A stretch of 63,986 bases of DNA, filler included, from Octopus bimaculoides (Eukaryota): assembly GCF_001194135.2 (NCBI RefSeq). It is 7 parts of 7 records of this genome, joined end to end, with 100 filler letters (N's around TTAATTAATTAA, not from the genome) between each part and the next. Parts side by side here need not be neighbours in the genome. Positions count along the whole stretch, not along the records: positions 21,781 to 53,185 come from NC_068982.1; positions 53,286 to 55,338 come from NW_026429400.1; positions 55,439 to 57,133 come from NW_026336872.1; positions 57,234 to 62,705 come from NC_069000.1; positions 62,806 to 63,986 come from NW_026432189.1; 2 more parts are not named here. One strand, 5' to 3'. The stretch's first letter is position 1; each line of letters opens with the position of its first letter. Shown here one piece after another: positions 52,855 through 63,986 of the stretch. A program made the translations under genes and the position numbers. Under the pieces are notes generated by a model. That model worked only from the letters and a program-made list of their open reading frames with translations, was not told the origin of the DNA and made no database searches.

Positions 52855-53185
52855 GAACACAGGTACAAGATTTTCTGGGCAGGGAACACTAATGGGGTCA
52901 GGGGCATAGGAATACTTCTAGCGGAGAAATGGGTGCATAAGGTAATCGAGGTCGTTAGAGAAAGTGACAGAGTACTTAAGATTAGACTAGTGCTTCATCA
53001 TAGATTAGTTACTGTCATCTCAGCCTATGCACCTCAACCGAGGATACCAGATGGTCTGAAAGACCAATTCTATGACACCCTCTTGCAAACTACCTCATCG
53101 ACGAGTAACAGGGACCTTCTCTTTGTGGCTGGAGACTTCAATGGTCATGTCGGACGTCGTGCTGGAGGCTTCCATGGCATACATG
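52855..53185 (+). mobile_element. RTE endonuclease fragment
   Basis: Reads VISAYAPQ...LFVAGDFNGHVG, paralogous to 44060-44380. Confidence 0.85.
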
Positions 53186-55489
53186 NNNNNNNNNNNNNNN
53201 NNNNNNNNNNNNNNNNNNNNNNNNNNNNNTTAATTAATTAANNNNNNNNNNNNNNNNNNNNNNNNNNNNNNNNNNNNNNNNNNNNCAGAAAAACTATTGT
53301 TTTACCGTGAGAAAAGTGCTGTTGAAGTGTTAAGTCAAAATTGGCAATCGAGGATCGAATCCACGCTATGCCTGCATGAAGCCGCTACAAATTCGTTGCG
53401 GAATAAAAAGATTTATCTACTGTCATGGAAAAAGTGTAACTGTAAAAATGCAGAATTATCGGAGTAATGGGCATTCAAATACGTATGTATGTATAGAAAT
53501 GTATGAATGAAGTCTTTAAGGTTTAAGGTTCAAATTGAGAAAGTGTAAAAATAACGTTTAGCAGTTCAAATCTGTGGGTAGGGAAATGCAGAATTATGTC
53601 GGCTGATCGTGAGAATCAAATATTGATCGCTTCGCTAAAATTTGCAGGTGGTATGGGTTGTTTAAATAAAATGTTAGTAATATGTAGTAGATAGAAGGAT
53701 CCATTGGAGGGCCCTATTATCGATTTTTTTCAGCAATCTAAATATGTCACGAGGTTTCCAGACATGAGTTCTACTCACGTGTCAAATAAAGTATAAAAGT
53801 GATATTGTCTGCAAAAATTAGAAATAGGACATACAAAAAATCAATATTCAAAGTAATCGAACACAAACAATGAAATGGTTTATTTTCCTTGAGTGTTGAA
53901 TAAAAATATTGTACAAGTGGTATGGGTTATTTCCCTTGGGTGTTTTAATAAAAGATTAGTCATATGAGGTAGATATAAAGGCCCCTTTCAGGGGCCGTAT
54001 TAACAATTTTTTCAACAATCTAAGTATGTCACGTGTCAACTTCCATCAAAATCAATAAAACGATGTCGGAGGAGTTAGCTAACANNNNNNNNNNNNNNNN
54101 NNNNNNNNNNNNNNNNNNNNNNNNNNNNNNNNNNNNNNNNNNNNNNNNNNNNNNNNNNNNNNNNNNNNNNNNNNNNNNNNNNNNNNNNNNNNNNNNNNNN
54201 NNNNNNNNNNNNNNNNNNNNNNNNNNNNNNNNNNNNNNNNNNNNNNNNNNNNNNNNNNNNNNNNNNNNNNNNNNNNNNNNNNNNNNNNNNNNNNNNNNNN
54301 NNNNNNNNNNNNNNNNNNNNNNNNNNNNNNNNNNNNNNNNNNNNNNNNNNNNNNNNNNNNNNNNNNNNNNNNNNNNNNNNNNNNNNNNNNNNNNNNNNNN
54401 NNNNNNNNNNNNNNNNNNNNNNNNNNNNNNNNNNNNNNNNNNNNNNNNNNNNNNNNNNNNNNNNNNNNNNNNNNNNNNNNNNNNNNNNNNNNNNNNNNNN
54501 NNNNNNNNNNNNNNNNNNNNNNNNNNNNNNNNNNNNNNNNNNNNNNNNNNNNNNNNNNNNNNNNNNNNNNNNNNNNNNNNNNNNNNNNNNNNNNNNNNNN
54601 NNNNNNNNNNNNNNNNNNNNNNNNNNNNNNNNNNNNNNNNNNNNNNNNNNNNNNNNNNNNNNNNNNNNNNNNNNNNNNNNNNNNNNNNNNNNNNNNNNNN
54701 NNNNNNNNNNNNNNNNNNNNNNNNNNNNNNNNNNNNNNNNNNNNNNNNNNNNNNNNNNNNNNNNNNNNNNNNNNNNNNNNNNNNNNNNNNNNNNNNNNNN
54801 NNNNNNNNNNNNNNNNNNNNNNNNNNNNNNNNNNNNNNNNNNNNNNNNNNNNNNNNNNNNNNNNNNNNNNNNNNNNNNNNNNNNNNNNNNNNNNNNNNNN
54901 NNNNNNNNNNNNNNNNNNNNNNNNNNNNNNNNNNNNNNNNNNNNNNNNNNNNNNNNNNNNNNNNNNNNNNNNNNNNNNNNNNNNNNNNNNNNNNNNNNNN
55001 NNNNNNNNNNNNNNNNNNNNNNNNNNNNNNNNNNNNNNNNNNNNNNNNNNNNNNNNNNNNNNNNNNNNGAAGATAAGGCAGGACGTACTCTAGAATAGTC
55101 TCTTCCTGAGTAATGGATCAACCAACTAAACAGAGGATTCCAAGGTGGCAAACGTAAACCAAGACAGGAAAAATTGGACAGTGAAAACAACATAAAAAAG
55201 CCGTACGGCCAAACGCGAATCTGATGTAGAACGCTAGTAGTTCGTCTTGCCTTCACAGCGGCTGGAGTGAAAAGGAAATTGACCACATGTCACACGAGAG
55301 CAGAGAGAATGGTGGAGGGAGGAAGTGGAACAAGGAGGNNNNNNNNNNNNNNNNNNNNNNNNNNNNNNNNNNNNNNNNNNNNTTAATTAATTAANNNNNN
55401 NNNNNNNNNNNNNNNNNNNNNNNNNNNNNNNNNNNNNNAGAGACAACAATGCATAAATCGTAATTTTTTAAAAGAGCAATGAATTCTAT

Positions 55490-55790
55490 ATATATAAATA
55501 CCAACAAACGCGAAGACTGAATGGACTTTAGTATCAAAGCATACTATATTTACAATAGTAATTGGTGCCCTTGGAAGTATCAGCACTCAACTACCAACAT
55601 GGCTGAAAAAAGATTGCTGCAAGAGTGAAGGTAGAACACCGACAAAAACCAGCATTGCTTGGAACTGCAGGAATTCTTCGCAGGGTTCTTGAAGCATGAC
55701 CAGTAAACAAGTCTCACCTTAGTCTGCTGGCTGTGGACAGCTGACACTTTCCATTATACCAAGCAAAATAAGCTGTGAGTTTTCGTATAA
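55490..55790 (+). mobile_element. R4/Dong-like LINE 3' end
   Basis: Frameshifted IVIGALGSIS...ALLGTAGILRRVL, followed by an (AAT/AAC)n tail. Confidence 0.7.
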
Positions 55791-56349
55791 TAATAATAAC
55801 AACAACAACAACAACAACAACAATAATAATAATAATAATGATAATAATAATAATAATAATAATTTTCAAATGGCAGAATATCTTACCCGAATACGAACCT
55901 GGAAGGTCACTTAAACGGGATTTATCCCAAATTAATCCCCCAAAGTTCATCACCACAACAACCACAAAATTAAAAATGTAAAAGAACTAAATGGAACCGG
56001 GAAGAATATAAAGAAGTAATATACGCTTATTATTTTGCATTAAGTAGGCCAACCCAAGAGAAACACACCGCAAATTCCTACAGAATTTGGAGGGGCCGGA
56101 ATCCATCTAGCAGACCAAACTTGGAGGAAGGGCAAAACATCGTGTTAACTGGAACGATTCATGTACTGAGAAGAGTATTATCGCTGTGAAAACAACAACC
56201 ATTCTTTAATTTATTTATTAATTAAGTTTTTTAAATACATATTTTACCTGTGAATTTGCGTGTGTAAACTGGGAATGCATACAATGAGCTTCTCTGCTCT
56301 AGGTGTACGGGAATCACTCGGCGAGAAATGGAAGAAAATTTGAAGAAAG

Positions 56350-56494
<145 letters not shown>

Positions 56495-56497
<3 letters not shown>

Positions 56498-57110
56498 AAA
56501 GGCCTCAGTATGTCCTGGATCGACTACCGAAAGGCTTTTGACAGTGTTCCCCACACGTGATCCTCGAAACACTAGCCATATACAAGGTGGCACCAATTAT
56601 AAAATACATAAGGCACTCTGTGAATAAATGACAGACAGTGCTACAACTCCAAACAAAAGAGGGACTTGTGAAAACGAAAGCTATCCCCATTAGAAGAGGA
56701 ATATTCCAGGGAGACACGCTCTCTCCACTCCTGTTCTACCTGGCACTCACACCTTTAACTGAATTGCTAAATAGAACTGGATGCGGTTACAAATGCTACG
56801 GCAAAACAATCAGCCACCTCTTATATATGGATGACCTAAAATTATACGCTAAAAATGATAAAGAGCTGGAAACACTACTACAGACAGTACATGGCTTTAC
56901 CAAGGAAATAGATATGAAATTCGGATTAGAAAAATGTGCCAAAGCAATCCTGAAAAGAGGAAAACTAGTTAACAGTAACAACATGACACTAGATAAAGCC
57001 AATGAAATAAGAGAACTAGACGAAAGCCAACCATACAAATATTTAGGAATCAATGAACTACATAGGATACAACACACACAAATGAAAGAGAAAATAAAGA
57101 TGAGTTAGAT
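56495..57110 (+). mobile_element. R4/Dong-like LINE reverse transcriptase fragment
   Basis: Reads LSMSWIDYRKAFDSVPH, RRGIFQGDTLSPLLF, HLLYMDDLKLY, FGLEKCA and YKYLGI. Confidence 0.85.
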
Positions 57111-57269
57111 CAATACTGTAAACAGTGGAGGAGNNNNNNNNNNNNNNNNNNNNNNNNNNNNNNNNNNNNNNNNNNNNTTAATTAATTAANNNNNNNNNNN
57201 NNNNNNNNNNNNNNNNNNNNNNNNNNNNNNNNNATCACATCCCCTAGCAGCATCGCCACCACCACCACC

Positions 57270-57347
<78 letters not shown>

Positions 57348-57899
57348 TATGCTTTCAACATAATTCTGGTTTCGGTTTAGAAATTTCAATCATTTTTATC
57401 TTATCCAAATGACTTTGATGAACACTCGTCCGTTTCGCATCGTCGTTTCTGTGGCTTTTAGTGTCATATCTAAGGACAGACTACTTAGATTGATATCAGT
57501 TGGCACGCACTCTCGCAGACACGATGCACGTAAAAGCATTACACACACACATATGTATGTGTGTGTATGTATGTATATACATATATACACATACACACAC
57601 ACACATATATATTTGCATATCTATGTTTAAATGTATGTATACGTACACACACATACTCACACGTACGCACACACACATATATATATATATATATATACAC
57701 GACACGTATATAGATGTGTATAGATATGTGCTTGTATCTTTGTAGGTGGCGATATGAATACATCGATGCACATTTTTCCTTATGCAAATGAAACTTTATT
57801 TTTGCTTACCTATACACCTGTACTCATAACTAAAAATCTTTCTCTCTCTGTCTCTCTTGTTTCTCCTTCTCTCATTCTGCGTCTCTTTCTTTCTTTCTT

Positions 57900-57947
<48 letters not shown>

Positions 57948-58035
57948 ACTAATGCGCATGCACGACACAGCCGATAAACAATAAAATGGGAGGACTACAT
58001 GTACCCGCACATGCATTATGTATGCAAGAATCAAA

Positions 58036-58091
<56 letters not shown>

Positions 58092-58492
58092 GTGTTATAA
58101 TAACCCTTCGATGGAATTTATAAATAAATTTATAAATTCCATCGAAGGATTATTGTTCTATATTTATATGTGTGTGAGTGTGTGTGCGCTCGCTCGCTCG
58201 CATGTATGTACGTATTAATGAGTGGATGGATGGATGGATGGATGGATGGAGAATTGGATGGATAAGAAACTTGCTTTGCAACCACTACATGGACAAGATT
58301 CTTCCACTATACTTTGGGTCGACCTTGCCGTACTAATTAATTTGTTAGGCGCCAACTGTGTGGAATTCCTTTCGCCAAAAGTTGCCGGCTTTGTGCTAAA
58401 AGCTTGAAACAGTTAATATAGAATATATAAGGGCCCTGATAAGAAACATTGCACCGTTTAGGGTTCAGCCTCTCTATTAATGAGGAAAGGAT

Positions 58493-58540
<48 letters not shown>

Positions 58541-59238
58541 ATATATGTATGTATGTGGACATGTTAATATCGTTGAATTATGGTGATATTTTAACTACCA
58601 CATGTTCTAATATATAATTACACAGGATGCATGTGATTTACATTATATTTCGTTGTATTAGTTGCAGATGATATGAAAAATGAAACTAATTCCGTCAGAT
58701 TTCTTAATTAGAGATACGAATCAATAGGTGATTAGTGGAATATATTTCAAAGACTGTCAGCAAATAGGAAATGTGCCTCAGAATGTCCTTATGACTCGCA
58801 TTAATTAGAAATTAAGTTCAGTTCTGAGAATTAACGCAAATGCAAGGCGCCTCCATAACAGTAGTTCATTTGATCAGTTATAGAGAATAGTTGGATGACA
58901 AAGGCGCGACTTTATTTAAGTATCAGTAGTCGATCGGTTGGATTGTGATTTTGCAATCAGAACAGATCGATGTATGAGTACACTGGAATGTGTGTGTGCG
59001 TACGCGCGTTCGACAGTAGAACAGTGAAAACGCCTTACTTAGACATGGGCGCTTCCTTCCTTCCTGATTATAAGGGGGAAAAAAGGCATGTTGAAAAAGT
59101 CATGTTCAAGAAAGATAATTGAAAAGGTCAGAGAGCATGATACAATAGGCTGCATGTAGCAAGGCCTCTATGCAAGCAAAATTCCAAGGATTCGAACAAA
59201 ATCTGACTTAAAATAATAATAATAACAACAACAACAAC

Positions 59239-59297
<59 letters not shown>

Positions 59298-60702
59298 TGA
59301 TGATGATAATAATAATGATAATAATAATAACAACAAACTCATAATTTTCTTATGTTTTCTTAAACATTCTCTAGAACAATACTATGTGCAAAACCAAATA
59401 TATGACACCCTAGGCATAACACCAACATGAACTTCTAACTTGTTGTCCCTTGAGGTCTCTGGGTGAGACTTGGAGCCAACTTGTACAAATACACTAACCT
59501 CTGGGACCACTAACCTGGGATGACCCCAACTCCATCAAGCAAGAGCGTTAAGTAAGCAGACATATGTGTGTGTGTATGTAGTTATTTGTGTAAAAGTATG
59601 TGATTATGTATGCGTGTGTGTATGTGAGTGCATGCGTCCAGTACGTGTGATTTTGCATGTGTACATCGATGCGACAAGATTGTGTGCATTGCCCTCAAAA
59701 GGTGGCTCAGCCATTCGTTAATTAGAGAAGGATAAAATAAGTACCAGGCTGCAAGAATTATTCAGATCTTTATGGGCGACTAATAACCTTGACATCGGTG
59801 CCATAACAAGCGTACCAAAAGTATTAAAACCAGTAAAAGAAAATGGAAAAATAAAACTTTTGCATTCGATATAAAGGCTAAGCGTTTTAATTTCCCGTTC
59901 TAAATTGCGTTCGTAGAAAAAATATACAAGAACAAAAAACAAATTAAAATACACAAAAGAAATAAGAATAGTGATGTGAAATATTTATCGATGTTTATCC
60001 TTCGTCTCTATACTATCTAAACCTACGGGTTAATAGAATAACTATGATAGATACGATTGGAACAGAAGTTGAACGAGAAATATCGATTGTGAACACTTTT
60101 ATTATAATGTTTAATAAAACATCTCATCAATAACACGAAACGATCTTGTGATCATACACAAGCCCCGGCTGAAGGGGAAAAAAATTATATATTGGAACCA
60201 GGAGGTCAGAAAAATATAGCAATTAAGCGTGTTATTATTATTAAAAAAAAAAAAACAACTTTACGAAGAAAATAATATTTTTTCCTTTGTAAATATAGGT
60301 CTTGAATACATTTTATTGACACTTTAAATTTCTTTTATTTTAATTGCATATTTATTTTTTTATTTATATTTTAATGGGTTTTTTAAAACCTATTTTCGTT
60401 GATAAATTACTTTGAGATTTGAAATGGAAGACACAGTAAATGCATTTTACTTACTCTCGTAGTTCACCTTTCATTGCTCTTTTACTGATGCACGCTATAG
60501 GGAAATCTCTTTCTAACCACCACCACAACAACACTAATAATAATAATAATAATAATAATAATATTTATTATTATTATTATTTTATTTATTAATAATAATA
60601 ACAATAAGGAAGAGGAAACGACCTTCACTAAACAGCGTCAGTAACCTTAATCGTTTCAACAATTGTTTCGCATTTATCAGAGAAATTTTGATGAATCGTT
60701 AT

Positions 60703-60786
<84 letters not shown>

Positions 60787-61194
60787 TAAGACAAAAACAT
60801 GAAAAAAAAATAGATGATTGTTGATAGGCTTGGCCGATTTTAAAGATTATTTTTGCGCCAAATAACACTACTTTCACTTTGTGTATATCATATGTGATTT
60901 ATCACGTTTAACATGCTAACATACGCTCACATTTACGTAGGCTGATACTACTTATACATACATGCGGGCGCATAAACAAAACACACATATATACTATACG
61001 ACAAAGCATTGCCTTCGCAAAACAATACATAATCACGTGAGAAAACACGCTTCGGAGAAACAAATTTACCAGAACTATTCAGGCAAAAAGTAATTTGGCG
61101 AGACTCATCCTTCACATTCTTATCTCGCATTCTCTTCCTACCTTTCTCTCCCTCTACCCCCTCTCTCTCTGTACGTATCTTTGTTTGTTTGTGT

Positions 61195-61230
<36 letters not shown>

Positions 61231-62805
61231 NNNNNNNNNNNNNNNNNNNNNNNNNNNNNNNNNNNNNNNNNNNNNNNNNNNNNNNNNNNNNNNNNNNNNN
61301 NNNNNNNNNNNNNNNNNNNNNNNNNNNNNNNNNNNNNNNNNNNNNNNNNNNNNNNNNNNNNNNNNNNNNNNNNNNNNNNNNNNNNNNNNNNNNNNNNNNN
61401 NNNNNNNNNNNNNNNNNNNNNNNNNNNNNNNNNNNNNNNNNNNNNNNNNNNNNNNNNNNNNNNNNNNNNNNNNNNNNNNNNNNNNNNNNNNNNNNNNNNN
61501 NNNNNNNNNNNNNNNNNNNNNNNNNNNNNNNNNNNNNNNNNNNNNNNNNNNNNNNNNNNNNNNNNNNNNNNNNNNNNNNNNNNNNNNNNNNNNNNNNNNN
61601 NNNNNNNNNNNNNNNNNNNNNNNNNNNNNNNNNNNNNNNNNNNNNNNNNNNNNNNNNNNNNNNNNNNNNNNNNNNNNNNNNNNNNNNNNNNNNNNNNNNN
61701 NNNNNNNNNNNNNNNNNNNNNNNNNNNNNNNNNNNNNNNNNNNNNNNNNNNNNNNNNNNNNNNNNNNNNNNNNNNNNNNNNNNNNNNNNNNNNNNNNNNN
61801 NNNNNNNNNNNNNNNNNNNNNNNNNNNNNNNNNNNNNNNNNNNNNNNNNNNNNNNNNNNNNNNNNNNNNNNNNNNNNNNNNNNNNNNNNNNNNNNNNNNN
61901 NNNNNNNNNNNNNNNNNNNNNNNNNNNNNNNNNNNNNNNNNNNNNNNNNNNNNNNNNNNNNNNNNNNNNNNNNNNNNNNNNNNNNNNNNNNNNNNNNNNN
62001 NNNNNNNNNNNNNNNNNNNNNNNNNNNNNNNNNNNNNNNNNNNNNNNNNNNNNNNNNNNNNNNNNNNNNNNNNNNNNNNNNNNNNNNNNNNNNNNNNNNN
62101 NNNNNNNNNNNNNNNNNNNNNNNNNNNNNNNNNNNNNNNNNNNNNNTATATATGTATATATACACACACACACACACACAATTATATATGTATATATAAC
62201 CATCTATTCATCCATACATCCATTCATTCATGCATCCACCTATCCATCCATCCATCCATCCATTTATCTATCCATCCATCCATCCATCCATCCATCACTC
62301 TCTTTATCCTCCTAACTATCTCTTTCTACTATTCCAGAGAAATATAGCAACGAAAAATATATTGCCCAATATTCTTGTACAAATGAATTTTTCCAATATA
62401 GTTTTGTCGAAACATTTTAATTAAATAATCGTCAACACAGCAGAACACTTTCCGTGGAATCAACAAATTTGAAAATCTACACAAGGCGGCACAAGTATTT
62501 GAGAAAGCCATGGTTGATTAAATATATTGATGCCAACCCGCTGATAATAATTCATGAAAGATTTTAATATATTTTTCGAACCCCTGAAATACGTTCTGAA
62601 GACCAAGATATAAGTACATACATCTTTGCATAACTATATACATACATGCATATATGCACATTTGCATTGAAAATGCGTGCCATGTATACATGCATATATT
62701 CATATNNNNNNNNNNNNNNNNNNNNNNNNNNNNNNNNNNNNNNNNNNNNTTAATTAATTAANNNNNNNNNNNNNNNNNNNNNNNNNNNNNNNNNNNNNNN
62801 NNNNN

Positions 62806-62842
<37 letters not shown>

Positions 62843-63986
62843 TACATATGTGTCTGTGTGTGTATGTTCATGTGTATGTAAAATCGAACGGAAGCAGCGC
62901 TGAATGATATATATTCGTGTAAAGATATATTTAACACATTCTAGTACACTTGGACATGTGAAGATCTTTCACTGAGGAAATATTTACGGGAGAAAATTGT
63001 TCTCCTAGATGATATGTGTGAAAACACTGGGCTGTGAGCGATGTCACTGGATTTCTGTTCTCTCGCTTCATCAGCTTCAGTCACTGAATCTGCCTTTCGC
63101 TGCCTGATTAAAACAATTCGTTCTTTTATTAGAAAAGCAAACCTTATATTTGCTGGTGTGTGTAAGCCTTGGTCAAGCTAGGATTAAATAAAGATGTATT
63201 AAATAAAGATGTATTCAGCAGCGCTGAATAAAATATGTTGGCCGTCCACCAACATCACAAGCTTTTGTAATTTGCCCTAACATATATTTCTTTACCCATT
63301 ATGTTTCTTCCTTTATATGTTGTTATCTAATAATGTGCTTCACACTATTTTGGAGACTTCTTCCCCATTGGTGGTTGTCCCATACATATCATGCACTCTT
63401 GAATATGTTTTACCAAGCACTGCTATTATATACTGTTTGTTATACATGGGCAGCACACCGTATTCCTCAATTGATTGTACACCATCAGGGTACATTTAAT
63501 CACCAAGACTCAGTGAGTATATATATATACAACAGAGTGGAATGCATGAGTATCTGCCTACGGCCAAACCAAATATGAAATGCTATGTATGTATACATAT
63601 ATGTATGTGTGTATGCTTGTATGTATGAATGTATGCATGTGAATGTATGTGTGCATGTATGTATGCATGTATGTATACATGTATGCATATATGTATGTAT
63701 GTGAATGTATTATATATGTATGAATGTATGTATGCATGCATGCATGCATGTACGTATGCATTTATGTATACATTTATGTATGCACTTATGTATACATGTA
63801 TGTATGCATTTATGTATGCATGCATGTATATATGTATGCTTGCATGTATGTATGCATGCGTGTATGTATGTCTATCAAGGTATAAAGAGGGTGTTGTGAC
63901 AAAAAAGAAGGGTAATTTAATAATTCGATAGAGATGAATAAAGCATGTTGAAATAAGTTCTTGGTTTGGTGCTCCTGCTTGAACCC

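Noticed and set aside
59085-59108. p53-like half-sites AGGCATGTTG and AGTCATGTTC
   Set aside because: Each has a mismatch, they are separated by a 4-bp spacer, and such matches are common by chance.
63317-63578. Overlapping short ORFs on both strands near the window end
   Set aside because: No motif, no good acceptor, and lengths are compatible with chance.

Overview
Repeat-rich eukaryotic draft-assembly window with roughly a fifth to a quarter Ns. It is probably from an octopus or related cephalopod (inference from the SINE, RTE and microsatellite repertoire; not verified). The ORF track is mostly artefact (N runs and microsatellites), so genes were rebuilt by reading splice sites. Two spliced minus-strand genes are present. 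(1) Five consecutive, phase-compatible exons of diacylglycerol kinase epsilon (52291 to 25284; 534 nt, 178 aa; motifs GGDGT, GTGND, NNYFSIG, YGTKD). (2) A four-exon fragment of a putative single-pass receptor with an F-type lectin (FTP) domain, a truncated EGF-like module and a TM helix (21632 to about 12100), whose fucose-binding motif looks degenerate. Both genes are cut at artificial 100-bp linker gaps (44N-TTAATTAATTAA-44N). The rest is transposon-derived: several RTE LINE copies, R4/Dong-like LINE pieces, Penelope-like fragments (one with a decayed minimal hammerhead ribozyme), an internally deleted Ty3/Gypsy element, a mariner fossil, a hAT derivative with an 8-bp TSD, a Helitron remnant with three STPR repeats, a MITE and SINEs. 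No rRNA, true tRNA gene or CRISPR array was found. Exon coordinates were counted by hand. Repeat boundaries are approximate unless a terminal motif is quoted.
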